From an uncultured Candidatus Saccharibacteria bacterium (GTDB taxonomy: Bacteria > Patescibacteriota > Minisyncoccia > Minisyncoccales > Staskawiczbacteraceae), in assembly GCA_964483475.1 (NCBI GenBank), contig CAZAAH010000003.1, forward strand, positions 142 to 64,141: DNA of 64,000 nucleotides. The letters run 5' to 3'. The notes beneath the pieces were generated by a model. It was not told the origin of the DNA. It saw only the letters and a list, made by a program, of their open reading frames with translations, and did not search any database. Positions 47,850 to 60,017 of this stretch are shown here, one piece after another (position 1 is the stretch's first letter; the number at the start of each line of letters is the position of its first letter). A program made the translations under genes and the position numbers.

Positions 47850-48308
47850 TTACCTAAACTTATTTATTTCATAGCCAGCAACACCGAAGGCTACTGAAAC
47901 ATTCAATGACTCTTTTTTTCCTTTCATTGGCAAATAAATGATTTTATCGGCTCTTTTTAAGATACTCTTTGAAATACCCCTAACTTCGTTTCCGACTATT
48001 AAGGCCAGGGGAAATTTTGGTTTACATTTTGTGTAAGCAATTGCCTTTTTATACTGTTCTAATGCTACAACAAATATTTTATCCTTTTTTAATCTTTCTA
48101 TCAACTTCCAGGTTTGTTTATGGTATTCAAATGGAATTGTTTTTTCAGCGCCAAGAGCGGCCTTCGAGATTTTGTGGTTTGGTGGAGTTCCAGAGATCCC
48201 ACATAAAAATATTTTATTTATCCCTAAAGCATCCGAAGTCCTAAAAATTGAGCCGATATTTTCCAAACTATGAATATTGTCGCAAATCACATAAAAATCA
48301 AAATTCAT
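47850..48308 (-). CDS. TrmH/SpoU-family RNA methyltransferase
   Basis: NIGSIFRTSDA, GNEVRG, PM.G.KESLNVS. Confidence 0.93.
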   Translation of the reverse strand: MNFDFYVICDNIHSLENIGSIFRTSDALGINKIFLCGISGTPPNHKISKAALGAEKTIPFEYHKQTWKLIERLKKDKIFVVALEQYKKAIAYTKCKPKFPLALIVGNEVRGISKSILKRADKIIYLPMKGKKESLNVSVAFGVAGYEINKFR

Positions 48309-48355
48309 TTAGACAATTGTAACAAAAAATCCTCCTTTAAACAAGGAGGATGGTG

Positions 48356-48970
48356 CTACTTTTCAAATCTATTTTGGACTTCTTCCCAATTGACAATATT
48401 CCACCAGGCTTTCAAATAATCCGGTCTGGCGTTTTTATATTTTAAATAATAAGCGTGCTCCCAAACGTCGTTTCCCATAATTGGCAAAAGCCCTTCTGAA
48501 ATTGGGTTGTCCTGGTTTGCCGTTGAAATAACATCCAACTTTCCATCTTTATCTTTTACCAGCCAAACCCAGCCCGAGCCAAATCTTTTTACACCAACAT
48601 CATTAAATTTATTTTGAAAATCCTCAAAGCTCCCAAAATGTTTTTTAATTTCCTCGTCTAATTCGCCCGATGGCTTGCCTCCGCCATTGGGCTTCATAAT
48701 CTGCCAAAACATAGAATGGTTCAAATGTCCTCCACCGTTATTTTTTACTGCAGTTCTTATGTCTTCTGGAACTTCATTTATATTTTTAATCAAATCTTCA
48801 AGGCTTTTATCAAAAATTTCCTCATGTTTTGACAAAGCGTCGTTAAGATTTTTTACATAGGCCGCATGATGCTTATCATGATGAAGTTTCATCGTTTCAG
48901 AATCAATGTATAGCTCCAGAGCATCGTATTCATATGGTAAGTCGGGTAATGTGTGAAGTTTTTGGTTCAT
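48356..48970 (-). CDS. sodA: Fe/Mn superoxide dismutase
   Basis: [26 protein letters not shown]. Confidence 0.96.
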   Translation of the reverse strand: MNQKLHTLPDLPYEYDALELYIDSETMKLHHDKHHAAYVKNLNDALSKHEEIFDKSLEDLIKNINEVPEDIRTAVKNNGGGHLNHSMFWQIMKPNGGGKPSGELDEEIKKHFGSFEDFQNKFNDVGVKRFGSGWVWLVKDKDGKLDVISTANQDNPISEGLLPIMGNDVWEHAYYLKYKNARPDYLKAWWNIVNWEEVQNRFEK

Positions 48971-49002
48971 AAAATTATTATTTTAAATTTTAATTTTATA
49001 AT

Positions 49003-49284
49003 TTATTTTGCTTCCTCTTTTTGGATAAATCTTATTAAATATACGGTAACTACCACCACTAAAACGGTAACCAAAATTGCATAAATAAATTTTATAAAAA
49101 CATCGTTTTCTGGATGAGGAAAAAACTGGTCGATCAGCGATTTTATGGCTTCATTCCAAGCAAGACCCGCAACCAACCCTAAAGCCGCAACGATATATCC
49201 TATTGTCCTTTCTTTAACTTCTCTCCTCAAATTAGCCTGCTCCTCTCTTAATCTTTGAAATCTCTGTTTTATTGTTTCAATCAT
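49003..49284 (-). CDS. DUF5654-like membrane protein
   Basis: AALGLVAGLAWNEAI. Confidence 0.8.
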   Translation of the reverse strand: MIETIKQRFQRLREEQANLRREVKERTIGYIVAALGLVAGLAWNEAIKSLIDQFFPHPENDVFIKFIYAILVTVLVVVVTVYLIRFIQKEEAK

Positions 49285-49319
49285 ACATTCATTATACAAA
49301 AAAAGTTCTAAAAAATAAA

Positions 49320-50450
49320 TTACAAATCCCCTTTTTTAATTTTATCCCGAATTTCCTCAACATACTTGTTAAAATAATAAAGGTTGTGGAAGGTAATCAG
49401 CTCCAAGGCCGTCAATTCCCCCGCTCTCAATAAATGGCAAATATAATTTTTTTTGTAATTCAAGCAAACTTGGCAAACACAATTTTTATCCAAGGGCTCT
49501 TGTTTTTTTAAAAATTTTTGCTGTTTTAAATTTAATTGCCCCTCGCTGGTAAACACGATCCCTCTTCTGGCATAGTGAGTGGGAACCGTGCAATCAAACA
49601 GGTCAACGCCCGACTTTATTATTTTTTCAATGTCCTCCAAATATCCAATCCCTAACAAGTGCCTTGGTTTTTTTTCTGGCAATTCTTTGATAACCCAGCC
49701 TAACATTTTTGGCATTAATTTTTTATTACTTCCAAATTCCCCGCCAATTCCAAACCCGTCAAAGTCCAAAGATCCAATAAATTTGGCGCTTTCCTGCCTT
49801 AAGTCTTTATACCTGCCTCCCTGGACAATTCCAAATAATGCCTGTTTTGCTTGCTTGGTTTTTAAACAAATTTCGGCCCACGCATGGGTTCTTTGTAAAG
49901 ATTTTTTTGTATATTCGTAATCGGCAAACGGCGAAGTGCATTCATCAAAAGCAAAAATAATATCGGCTCCCAACTGTTCCTGAATTTCAATTGATTCTTT
50001 TGGCCCCAAAAATAATTTTGAACCGTCAACGGGTGAGCTGAAATAAACGCCATCCTGCATAATCCTAATTTCTCTGGGTTGGTGAGATTCTTTAATCAAT
50101 ACATCATTTTCTTTGCCAATCTTTCCAGAGTTGAAATCTTTTCCAAAGCCTAGGGAGAAAACCTGAAAACCGCCTGAGTCGGTCATCAATGGTTTTTTCC
50201 AGTTCATAAACTGGTGAAGCCCTCCTGATTTTTCTATAACTTTTTCGCCGGGTTTTAAATGCAGGTGGAAGGTGTTACAAATTAAAATTTGGGATTCAGT
50301 TTTTACAACTTCTTCGCTTTTGAGGGTTTTGACAACAGCCTGGGTAGCAACAGGGACTAAAGACGGGGTTTCAATGACCCCGTTTGCTGTTTCAATAAAT
50401 CCCAATCTTGCCTTGCTCCTATTTGATTTTTTAGAAATGTGGAACCTCAT
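49320..50450 (-). CDS. tgt: tRNA-guanine transglycosylase
   Basis: TDSGGFQVFSL, GIVQGG, PRHLLG, C.C..C zinc site, HNL. Confidence 0.97.
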   Translation of the reverse strand: MRFHISKKSNRSKARLGFIETANGVIETPSLVPVATQAVVKTLKSEEVVKTESQILICNTFHLHLKPGEKVIEKSGGLHQFMNWKKPLMTDSGGFQVFSLGFGKDFNSGKIGKENDVLIKESHQPREIRIMQDGVYFSSPVDGSKLFLGPKESIEIQEQLGADIIFAFDECTSPFADYEYTKKSLQRTHAWAEICLKTKQAKQALFGIVQGGRYKDLRQESAKFIGSLDFDGFGIGGEFGSNKKLMPKMLGWVIKELPEKKPRHLLGIGYLEDIEKIIKSGVDLFDCTVPTHYARRGIVFTSEGQLNLKQQKFLKKQEPLDKNCVCQVCLNYKKNYICHLLRAGELTALELITFHNLYYFNKYVEEIRDKIKKGDL

Positions 50451-50905
50451 TTAAATTTAACTGGTACTACGAATGTTTTAGCTCTCGTTGGGTCACCACT
50501 TGGATTTTCGTTATGGAAATAGAGATATCCAGAAGTGGCACCTTTAGGATTAAAATTGTCGAGGATAGCTTCAAATGTAGTAGGTAGTTTTGTCCAATCG
50601 GAAGTTGTCCTCAGGACCGTACTTGGACCTGCGGCATTGCCGTTAACGTCGAACACCAATTCAACGGTCCCCACTTGTCCTTCAAATCCAGACCAGCCGT
50701 CGCCGCTGACATACCCGGTTATTTTCAAGGGCGAAGAAATTACTTCATTCTCTTTTGGAGAAATTATCGTAATGCCTTCCTTGTTTTCATTTATAATAAT
50801 GTTATTTTGATTAACTGGCTTGTTTGGCAATATTTTAAAGAATAAAAATACGAGGCAAACTGCAATGAATATTATTATTGACGAAATTAAAAATATATTT
50901 TTCAT
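50447..50905 (-). CDS. Gmad2 immunoglobulin-like domain protein
   Basis: TM, I.SP.....SPLKITG, W..FEG, NENPSG. Confidence 0.75.
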   Translation of the reverse strand: MKNIFLISSIIIFIAVCLVFLFFKILPNKPVNQNNIIINENKEGITIISPKENEVISSPLKITGYVSGDGWSGFEGQVGTVELVFDVNGNAAGPSTVLRTTSDWTKLPTTFEAILDNFNPKGATSGYLYFHNENPSGDPTRAKTFVVPVKFK

Positions 50906-50950
50906 ATATTACATTTTAGACCTCAAAATATAAAAAATCAATATGAAGAG

Positions 50951-50979
50951 TTGACATTGTTTGAATTAGGAGCTATACT
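50951..50979 (+). promoter_or_regulatory. Sigma70 promoter with long structured leader
   Basis: TTGACA-17nt-TATACT. Confidence 0.75.
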
Positions 50980-51118
50980 TACCGTAGACGATAAGTCGTA
51001 AGCTAATAAGTAAAGCGACTTGAGTCAAAAGGTCGTTTTACAATTTTCATCGCCAATCTCATAGTAAATCGCAAATAAAAATATTCGCAATAAATTAGTG
51101 GAGGTTGACGATACATAA

Positions 51119-51295
51119 ATGTTTAACCAAAATAGAAACTTTGGTCCAAGGGAAATGGTAAAAGGAAACTGGAAATGCTCTGATTGTGGAGCAGAAATAA
51201 CAGAACTTCCTTTCAGCCCAGCTCCAGACAGACCAATCTATTGCAAAGAGTGCTGGAGGAAAAACAATCCAAAAAGGTTTGACCGAGCAGCCTAA
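51119..51295 (+). CDS. CxxC-x17-CxxC domain small protein
   Basis: Hand-translated: MFNQNRNFGPREM...CSDCG...LPF.P...RPIYCKECW. Confidence 0.88.
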   Translation: MFNQNRNFGPREMVKGNWKCSDCGAEITELPFSPAPDRPIYCKECWRKNNPKRFDRAA

Positions 51296-51337
51296 TTGCA
51301 ACAAAAAATCGCCCTCAAGGGCGATTTTTTGTTGCAA
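51296..51337. terminator. Bidirectional terminator between convergent genes
   Basis: TTGCAACAAAAAATCGCCC-TCAA-GGGCGATTTTTTGTTGCAA. Confidence 0.8.
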
Positions 51338-52454
51338 CTGCAATTCGACGCTTTGCCAACTCCAGAGCGACTTTCCTTGGATTTATTTTTTTCTTTAAAG
51401 ATTCTTTTAAAACAAGGATCGTTGTCTTTACAATTTTATCTTTGACGGTTTTAAACATCCGCTTTGGGTTGTACCCCCGGTATTCAGCATAAGAAGATAT
51501 CACGCCCCCGGCGTTAGCAACAAAATCGGGCAGCAGGACAACCCCTTGTTTGAAAAATTCGTCCTCAATGCTCTCTTGCATGGGAATATTGCCCGCCTCA
51601 ATAATAACCTTTGCCTTAATATCTTTTTTGTTTTTCTCGTTGATGACGTCGGTAACCGATGCCGGTATCAAAATATCAACCGGTTGCTTCCAAAAATCTT
51701 CAGGTTTTATTTTTCGCGATCCATTCTTATATTCAACAATGGATTTTTTTTCCTTGATGATTTTTTTCATGATTTCTGATTCAAAACCATTCTCTGCATA
51801 CACGGCGCCGTCTTTGTCAGCAATTAAAACAACCTTAAATCCCATGTGGGTCAGGTAGGTGAAGGCAAACGTGCCCACATTCCCAAAGCCGTGGATGGCC
51901 ACCGTGGTTTTTTTAATCTCCATTCCTAAAATTTCTGCCGTGGTTTTGGTTGCCTGGGCCACTCCCCAGCCGGTACTGCCAAACTCATGAGGAATGCCGC
52001 ATTTTTCCTTTTTCTTGCCAAAGGCCTGCATGCAAAGGTTGGCTGGTTTTCCCGTGGCCGATCTCCAATTTCCCGTTGCTCCCACAAACCAGGCCATTTC
52101 CCTTTCTCCGGTACCCACGTCCGGGCCGGCAATATACTTTTTGGGAGTTAAAAGTTTTATTTCTTTAGCAAAATGCTGGATAAGTTCTCTTTTTTTATTA
52201 TCATCACCGCCTTTCCAGACAATTCCGGCTTTGGCTCCGCCAAAAGGAATTCCAGCCAAAGCGTTTTTAAAGGTCATCGTTTTGGCCAGCCTGGCAACTT
52301 CCTCTTCGGTAACATTTGGAGTCATTCGTATTCCTCCCTTTCCTGGTCCGAGATTGGTATTATCAATCACCAAAAAACCTTCTAGCCCAATGCTCTTGTT
52401 ATAGACTTTTACCACCAGCTCGGGTCCAAATTCGTCTTTGATCATTTTTTCCAT
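51315..52454 (-). CDS. Glu/Leu/Phe/Val dehydrogenase
   Basis: GPGKGGIR, MTFK, FGGAKAG, GFGNVG, PDFVANAGGV. Confidence 0.93.
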   Translation of the reverse strand: MEKMIKDEFGPELVVKVYNKSIGLEGFLVIDNTNLGPGKGGIRMTPNVTEEEVARLAKTMTFKNALAGIPFGGAKAGIVWKGGDDNKKRELIQHFAKEIKLLTPKKYIAGPDVGTGEREMAWFVGATGNWRSATGKPANLCMQAFGKKKEKCGIPHEFGSTGWGVAQATKTTAEILGMEIKKTTVAIHGFGNVGTFAFTYLTHMGFKVVLIADKDGAVYAENGFESEIMKKIIKEKKSIVEYKNGSRKIKPEDFWKQPVDILIPASVTDVINEKNKKDIKAKVIIEAGNIPMQESIEDEFFKQGVVLLPDFVANAGGVISSYAEYRGYNPKRMFKTVKDKIVKTTILVLKESLKKKINPRKVALELAKRRIAVATKNRP

Positions 52455-52455
52455 G

Positions 52456-53166
52456 TTAGGCGATGGTTCTGCCCCCATCAATGGTTAAGATGTGTCCGGT
52501 TACAAAATCAGCCTCAAGGAGATATTGCACGCCCTTGGAAATTTCTTCTGCCCCGCCCCAACGTTTGAGCAAAGTGCCCGCCATTACTTCTTGATTGTCT
52601 TGGTCGCTCAAATCAGGGGGCCTTAAGATGGGACCCGGGGCTATGGCATTGACTAAAATATCCGGCGCCAGCTCTTTGGCAAATGATTTTGTCAACGCAA
52701 TGACCGCTGACTTTGCCGTGTTATAAATGAGGTAATCTTTGTAAGGGCGCGTGAGCACCGACCAATCAGCAAAGAAAATGATTTTGCCTTTGGGATCGCC
52801 TTCATTCTTCTGCATCTGATCTGCAGCAATCTTGCCAAACCAAAATGAGCTCTTGGCAATAATGTTCATCTGCCGGTCCCAGGATTTTTCATCAAGATGA
52901 GATAACTCGCTCTTTTCATAAATGGCGGCCATGTGGACCACGCCATCCACGCCGCCAAACTGCTGTGTTGCGGCCTCCACTACCCGCTCTACATCCTCTC
53001 GTTTTGACACGTCGGCTTTAACGCCAAATCCCAAATCTCCCGCCTCGCTGGCATCTTGAAAATAGGTGATCACTAAGTTAGCTCCCTTATTCTTTAAATC
53101 AAGGGCAACTACTTGGCCAATCCGAGCAGCCCCGGTGATAATAATCGTTTTTCCTTTAAGCTCCAT
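52456..53166 (-). CDS. SDR oxidoreductase (pteridine reductase-like)
   Basis: TGAARIG, YNTAK, NAIAPG, IDGG. Confidence 0.9.
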   Translation of the reverse strand: MELKGKTIIITGAARIGQVVALDLKNKGANLVITYFQDASEAGDLGFGVKADVSKREDVERVVEAATQQFGGVDGVVHMAAIYEKSELSHLDEKSWDRQMNIIAKSSFWFGKIAADQMQKNEGDPKGKIIFFADWSVLTRPYKDYLIYNTAKSAVIALTKSFAKELAPDILVNAIAPGPILRPPDLSDQDNQEVMAGTLLKRWGGAEEISKGVQYLLEADFVTGHILTIDGGRTIA

Positions 53167-53216
53167 GATACGAAAACGTACAAAAACATTCTAAGGCCTT
53201 GCACCTTAGGATTGTA

Positions 53217-53456
53217 TTAATCAACAATGCATCGTACTTGGTTTCCCTCTTTGACTTCCAAAAACCCGTTCTTTACTTCAAAAAAGTTTTCTTTATTACC
53301 ATCGTCAACCACTTTCATCACCCCAGGAGTCAAAACTCCAATCAGTGGTTCGTGGTTATCCAAAACGGTTATTTCTCCCATTGCCGTTTTGCAATTAAGA
53401 AGCCTTGCCTTTCCCTGAAACAAAATTTTTTTGAGTGAATAAACCGATAGTTTCAT
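53217..53456 (-). CDS. atpC: ATP synthase epsilon, N-terminal domain only
   Basis: GEITVL.NHEPL..L.PG, V.NGFLEV; downstream of atpD. Confidence 0.88.
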   Translation of the reverse strand: MKLSVYSLKKILFQGKARLLNCKTAMGEITVLDNHEPLIGVLTPGVMKVVDDGNKENFFEVKNGFLEVKEGNQVRCIVD

Positions 53457-53503
53457 AAAAAATAATTTTCGTATATTCGTAAAATTTCGTATTTCGCAGC
53501 CAA

Positions 53504-54883
<1,380 letters not shown>

Positions 54884-55165
54884 TTACTCTATTCCGAACT
54901 TTTTTCTTGCATTAGCATTTTCTTTTTCTATTTCTTCTTCTGACATTTTTATTCCATGTTCATTCCTAAACCTCTCCCTTCCTTTTTTAAACTTTTCATA
55001 TTGTTGCATCCTAATTTTTTTCATGGTATCTTCATACATTTTCTTTCTTTCTTCTTCCTGATCTTTAATTTTTTGTTCTGGTGTTTTTTGTTCTTTCTCA
55101 ACCTCTTGTTTCTTAATTTCTTGTTCTGGCTCTGGTTCTAATGGGTAAGATTCTTGTTTTGCCAT
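54884..55165 (-). CDS. Highly charged hypothetical protein within the atp operon
   Basis: E/K-rich 93-aa ORF, co-oriented between atpG and atpD. Confidence 0.65.
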   Translation of the reverse strand: MAKQESYPLEPEPEQEIKKQEVEKEQKTPEQKIKDQEEERKKMYEDTMKKIRMQQYEKFKKGRERFRNEHGIKMSEEEIEKENANARKKFGIE

Positions 55166-55198
55166 ATTATTTTTGTTTTAAGTTTTATGTTTCAAGTT

Positions 55199-56152
55199 TT
55201 ATGATAACGCCTCCGCTCCCGCTGAAATTTCAATAATCTGGTTGGTAATGCCGGCCTGGCGTGACTTGTTATACTCTAAATTCAATGTTTCTGAAAGATC
55301 CTCAGCGTTGTCGGATGCCGTTTTCATGGCTATGCGGCGGGCGGAATGCTCTGAAGCGTTGGCCTCCAAAATCAAGTGGTACACCTGCATAAAAAACAGG
55401 TGCTCGGCCAATTTTTCCAAAACTATTTTTGGCGAAGGCTCAATGAGGTAATCCTTGGTATTCTTTTCTGCGGCAAAACTGATACGGTGCTCTTTGATGA
55501 GCTCTGCGAACCGGCCCGTTTGGGGAATCATTTCGTCAACGGTTTCCTTGATGCTGTTGAAGTCAATGGGCAGCGCCTTTCTTATGTGCGGTTCCTGGAT
55601 TAATGCCGAGCGAAAATGCATGGAGACAATGACCACCCGGTCCCAGGTTTTTTCCAAGTATCCTTGAACGATAAAGCGGGTGATGGGCTCAACCTGGCCT
55701 GGGGCGGTATTATCCCCCACTTGCACAAACTTTTTCACCAAGGGCAAGCGCTTTTTTGACAAATACTGAAAGGCTTTTTCTCCGATGGCCAAGTAAAGAT
55801 GCTCTTCGTTTTGGTATTTTTCCCGGTCTCTTTCAAGGTGTTTTTCAAATTTTCTAAAAACCGCGCTGTTAAATGACCCCGCCAGCCCTTTGTCCGAAGC
55901 CACCAAAACAAAAAGCACTTTTTTTATCTTTCTTTGTAAAAGGAGTTCGGGAAGAGGCACATGCTTTGACCGTTCTATGAGCGACAGGTTGGCAAGCAAA
56001 TCTAAGGCAACAAAGGCATAGGGCCTTGAAGCCAGGGCAACCTCCTGGGCCTTTCTCATTTTAGTGGCCGCCACCAGCTCCATGGCTTTGGTAATTTTGC
56101 CAATGTTGGCAACTGATTTTAGTCTTTTCTTTAGGTTTTGCGTAGACTCCAT
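55199..56152 (-). CDS. atpG: ATP synthase gamma
   Basis: ITKAMELVA, SDKGLAG, RQAGIT..I.EI. Confidence 0.98.
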   Translation of the reverse strand: MESTQNLKKRLKSVANIGKITKAMELVAATKMRKAQEVALASRPYAFVALDLLANLSLIERSKHVPLPELLLQRKIKKVLFVLVASDKGLAGSFNSAVFRKFEKHLERDREKYQNEEHLYLAIGEKAFQYLSKKRLPLVKKFVQVGDNTAPGQVEPITRFIVQGYLEKTWDRVVIVSMHFRSALIQEPHIRKALPIDFNSIKETVDEMIPQTGRFAELIKEHRISFAAEKNTKDYLIEPSPKIVLEKLAEHLFFMQVYHLILEANASEHSARRIAMKTASDNAEDLSETLNLEYNKSRQAGITNQIIEISAGAEALS

Positions 56153-56159
56153 TAATTGT

Positions 56160-56234
56160 GCTACGAAATACGAATTTTATACGAATATACCAAACCGTTT
56201 TTCGTATATTCGTATGTTTTTCGTATTTCGTAGC
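56160..56234. repeat. TACGAA-periodic intergenic palindrome
   Basis: GCTACGAAATACGAAT...TTCGTATTTCGTAGC. Confidence 0.85.
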
Positions 56235-57754
56235 TAAATCTCAATAAATTTTTGTATTGCTTTTTTCATTTTTCCTTCAATCTCTTCGGCGATGTCTCGT
56301 TTTTCTTTCAAGTCTTCCAATAATTCTCCGTGCAAGTCTTTAACATACTCTAAAAGGTCGGCTTCTACTTTTTGGATTTGTTCCGGTTGGAATTTGTCAA
56401 AGTATCCGTTCAAAGCGGCGTACAAAACCAAAACCTGCTCCTCAAAAGGCATGGGGACCAGGTCGGTTTGCTTTAAGACTTCCGAAATAATCCTGCCCTT
56501 GTGGATTTTTTCCCTGGTTTCCTGGTCAACGTCGGAAGCAAACTGGACAAAGGTTTGCAATTCCCTGAACTGGGCCAGCTGAAGCCTCAACTTGCCGGCC
56601 ACCTTTTTCATGGCTTTGGTTTGGGCCGAAGACCCCACTCGTGAAACTGACAAACCAATGTTCAAAGCCGGCCTCACCCCCTGGTAAAATAAATCAGACT
56701 CAAGGTAAATCTGGCCGTCGGTAATGGAAATGACATTGGTGGGGATGTAGGCCGTCACGTCGCCAAGCTGAGTTTCAATGATGGGGATGGCGGTCAACGA
56801 GCCTCCGCCGTTTTCTTTTGAAAGCTTTGCCGCACGCTCAAGTAGCCTAGAATGCAAATAAAAAACATCGCCCGGATAGGCTTCCCGGCCCGGCGGCCTC
56901 CTCAAAAGCAGTGAAATCTGACGGTAGGCCCAGGCGTGCTTTGATAAGTCGTCATAAATAATCAAGGCGTCTTGCCCTTTGTCCCTAAAATATTCTCCAA
57001 TGGCGCATCCAGCAAACGGGGCCAAGTACCAAAAGGCGGCCGGGCTTGATGCTGAGGCCGAAACCACGATGGTATAGTCAAGCGCGCCGTTATTTTTTAA
57101 CGTTTCAACTATTTTAGCCACCTTTGATTCCTTTTGGCCGATAGCAACATAAATACAAACTGTTTTTTTGCCTGATTCCCTTCCCTGGTTGATAATCATG
57201 TCCAAAACGATGGCTGTTTTTCCCGTCTGGCGATCCCCAATAATCAATTCCCTCTGTCCCCTGCCAATAGGGATCATGGCATCAATGGCTTTGATACCCG
57301 TGTGCAAGGGCTGGTTGACCGATTCCCGAGCCAAAACATCGGGCGCGTTGTTTTCCAAAAAGTTAAATTTCTTTTTATCTTTTTCAGAAAAAATCGGCCC
57401 CTTGCCATCCAGAATATTGCCCAGGGAATCAACCACCCTTCCTAATAACGGCTCTCCCACTCGAATCGAAAGAATTTGTTTGGTCCTTTTTACCGTCTGC
57501 CCAGATTTAATATGCTGGCTATCCCCCAAAACCAAGGCTCCCACCACATCTTCTTCCAAGTTCAACACCACCGCCCGAATTTTTTCTTTGTCAGTCTCAA
57601 CAACCAAAACTTCTTGGCTCTGGCAATGTGAAAGCCCCGATATTTTCAAGATTCCATCTCCCACTTCCAACACCTTCCCAATTTCCTCCCATTCGGGACT
57701 CTCTTTATAGCCTTCAATCTGTTGTTTTAATTTTTCAATTATTTCTTGGCTCAT
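56234..57754 (-). CDS. atpA: ATP synthase alpha
   Basis: [20 protein letters not shown]. Confidence 0.99.
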   Translation of the reverse strand: MSQEIIEKLKQQIEGYKESPEWEEIGKVLEVGDGILKISGLSHCQSQEVLVVETDKEKIRAVVLNLEEDVVGALVLGDSQHIKSGQTVKRTKQILSIRVGEPLLGRVVDSLGNILDGKGPIFSEKDKKKFNFLENNAPDVLARESVNQPLHTGIKAIDAMIPIGRGQRELIIGDRQTGKTAIVLDMIINQGRESGKKTVCIYVAIGQKESKVAKIVETLKNNGALDYTIVVSASASSPAAFWYLAPFAGCAIGEYFRDKGQDALIIYDDLSKHAWAYRQISLLLRRPPGREAYPGDVFYLHSRLLERAAKLSKENGGGSLTAIPIIETQLGDVTAYIPTNVISITDGQIYLESDLFYQGVRPALNIGLSVSRVGSSAQTKAMKKVAGKLRLQLAQFRELQTFVQFASDVDQETREKIHKGRIISEVLKQTDLVPMPFEEQVLVLYAALNGYFDKFQPEQIQKVEADLLEYVKDLHGELLEDLKEKRDIAEEIEGKMKKAIQKFIEI

Positions 57755-57847
57755 TTATTCGCGGTATCGATTCTAATATACAAATCCTACTAATGATACG
57801 AATTTCGTTATTGGTATTATTGGTACATTAGTATATTGGCATCGATA

Positions 57848-58219
57848 TTATGAAAATATATTATTCAGTTTTTTCATAAGTGAAAAATCCAATTGCTTTT
57901 CGTTGTTAACTACTATCTTCACCCCCGCAATTAAATCTGGGTTGATTTTTTCTTCAACAACATCATGTTTCTTCAAAAAACCTTTAAAAGATTCTTTTTT
58001 TGTTTCTCTTGCCATTTCAAAAATAATTTTCCTACCACCAGTTTTTTTTAAAAATAACATTTCCGCTAATGAAATAATTTCTTTTGATTTTTTCAGATCT
58101 CCATTTTTTTTCAGAAGTTTTAAAAAATTATCAACAAGTTTTTTTTGTTGACTTTCGGACTTTTTTTCTGAAACTAAATCCACCAGCGCTTTAGCATAAT
58201 CTTTTGGTTTATGTTTCAT
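57848..58219 (-). CDS. atpH: ATP synthase delta (short)
   Basis: YAKAL, INPDLIAG, LDFSL; operon position. Confidence 0.8.
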   Translation of the reverse strand: MKHKPKDYAKALVDLVSEKKSESQQKKLVDNFLKLLKKNGDLKKSKEIISLAEMLFLKKTGGRKIIFEMARETKKESFKGFLKKHDVVEEKINPDLIAGVKIVVNNEKQLDFSLMKKLNNIFS

Positions 58220-58712
58220 TTTCTATGGTCTTCACCGCTTTGCTTATAAGCGCTTCATCAATATCTTTTGGCTTTAATTCAACCGTTTTTATGATAAATT
58301 TCTTTACTAACTCAACCGCCTGGCTCGAAACCAGTTTTTTGGCTTCTTCTTTTTGCCTTTCATAACTTAACTGAACTTGCTTCATTAGTTCTACCTGCTT
58401 TTCCTCCGCTTTTTTCTGCAGCGATTGCCCCAATGCTTTTGCTTTTTCTTCGGTCTGCTTAATGAGAATCATTGATTCTTGTTCTGCCTCCCGCAACTTT
58501 CCCCTGGCAATACCATCAACTTCCTTGAGCCGAATATCCGCCTCTTTTGCCTTTTCCAGGCCCTCGGTTATCCTTTTATTGCGCTCTTTGATGATGGCCA
58601 GTAGGGGTTTGTATACAAAAGTCCTCAAGATAAGCAGGAGAATAAAAAAATTCACCGCCTGGCTCAAAAAAAGCTTCCAGTCTATGCCAAGTTGTCCCAG
58701 TAAACCCTCCAT
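58209..58712 (-). CDS. atpF: ATP synthase subunit b
   Basis: Q.VNF.IL...YKPL...ER...I. Confidence 0.93.
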   Translation of the reverse strand: MEGLLGQLGIDWKLFLSQAVNFFILLLILRTFVYKPLLAIIKERNKRITEGLEKAKEADIRLKEVDGIARGKLREAEQESMILIKQTEEKAKALGQSLQKKAEEKQVELMKQVQLSYERQKEEAKKLVSSQAVELVKKFIIKTVELKPKDIDEALISKAVKTIENET

Positions 58713-58722
58713 TAACTAAATG

Positions 58723-58791
58723 GCTACGAAATACGAATTTTTTACTAATATACGAATTTTCGTATATTAGTATCCTTTCGTATTTCGTAGC
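58723..58791. repeat. TACGAA-periodic intergenic palindrome
   Basis: GCTACGAAATACGAAT...TTCGTATTTCGTAGC. Confidence 0.85.
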
Positions 58792-58794
58792 AAA

Positions 58795-59106
<312 letters not shown>

Positions 59107-59125
59107 CCTAAAATATTAATATTAA

Positions 59126-59857
59126 TTAATGCTCACCAATTGTGGTGTGCAATGAAATGGAAACTAATGTCAGCATAGCAAATAAAAAAGCTTGAATCAA
59201 GCCGACGAAAATTTCCAAAAACAAAAATGGCAATGGAATAAAGTAGGGAGCTAAGAAAAAAATGATAGTCAGCAAAACTTCACCGGCAAAAACATTCCCA
59301 AACAATCTAAATGACAAAGAAATTATTTTCGCAACTTCTGAAACAAGTTCCAGTATTCCTATAAAAAATGCAATGGGATTTTTGAAGTTAAAAAATTTGC
59401 TGGCGTGAGGCAAAATTCCAACGACCGCCATCCCCAAAAGATTAGTTACTATTACAGAAATTAGGGCAAAAGATAAGGTAAAATTTAAATCAGCCGCCGG
59501 AGAACGAAAAACCGGCACTTTATTTGCGCCGTTGTTAATAAAAAAAGATCCAACTCCGGGCAAAATTCCCAATAAGTTTGAAGTTAGTATGAAAATAAAA
59601 ATGGTGGCAATGAGAGGAAAATACTTTTCGGCCCTTTCGGCGGACCCCAAGGTTTCTGACATTAAATTCAAAAACCATTCCATTCCCATTTCAATGGCCC
59701 CTTGCAATTTACCTGGAACAATATTCACCTTTTTGTAAGTCAAAAAAGCTAGTGAAACTAACAAGAGAGAAACGATAAACGTTAAAAATAGGCTGTTGGT
59801 TACAGCAAAGTTTCCCAATTTAAATAATTCTTCAGCCTTTAAAGAAATTTCGAACAA
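59126..59857 (-). CDS. atpB: ATP synthase subunit a
   Basis: SLSFRLFGNVFAGE, IQA..F..LT. Confidence 0.97.
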   Translation of the reverse strand: MFEISLKAEELFKLGNFAVTNSLFLTFIVSLLLVSLAFLTYKKVNIVPGKLQGAIEMGMEWFLNLMSETLGSAERAEKYFPLIATIFIFILTSNLLGILPGVGSFFINNGANKVPVFRSPAADLNFTLSFALISVIVTNLLGMAVVGILPHASKFFNFKNPIAFFIGILELVSEVAKIISLSFRLFGNVFAGEVLLTIIFFLAPYFIPLPFLFLEIFVGLIQAFLFAMLTLVSISLHTTIGEH

Positions 59858-59868
59858 TTTTTATGTTG

Positions 59869-59922
59869 CTGCGGGACTAGGACTCTCCGCCAGAGGCGGA
59901 TGCGCCTTTGGCGCAGAACCAG
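59869..59922 (-). pseudogene. tRNA-Gln 3' remnant with a 30-nt double hairpin in the T-loop
   Basis: GGTTC[TGCGCCAAAGGCGCA-TCCGCCTCTGGCGGA]GAGTCCTAGTCCCGCAG. Confidence 0.85.
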
Positions 59923-59944
59923 TTAAATATTTTTGATCAATAAG

Positions 59945-60015
59945 CTGCGGGACTTGGATTCGAACCAAGATAAGCAGATCCAGAATCTGCTGTCCTACCA
60001 TTAGACGATCCCGCA
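59945..60015 (-). tRNA. tRNA-Gln(CTG), CCA not encoded
   Basis: TGCGGGA/TCCCGCA acceptor, GCAGA-TTCTGGA-TCTGC, GGTTCGAATCC. Confidence 0.95.
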
Positions 60016-60017
60016 GC

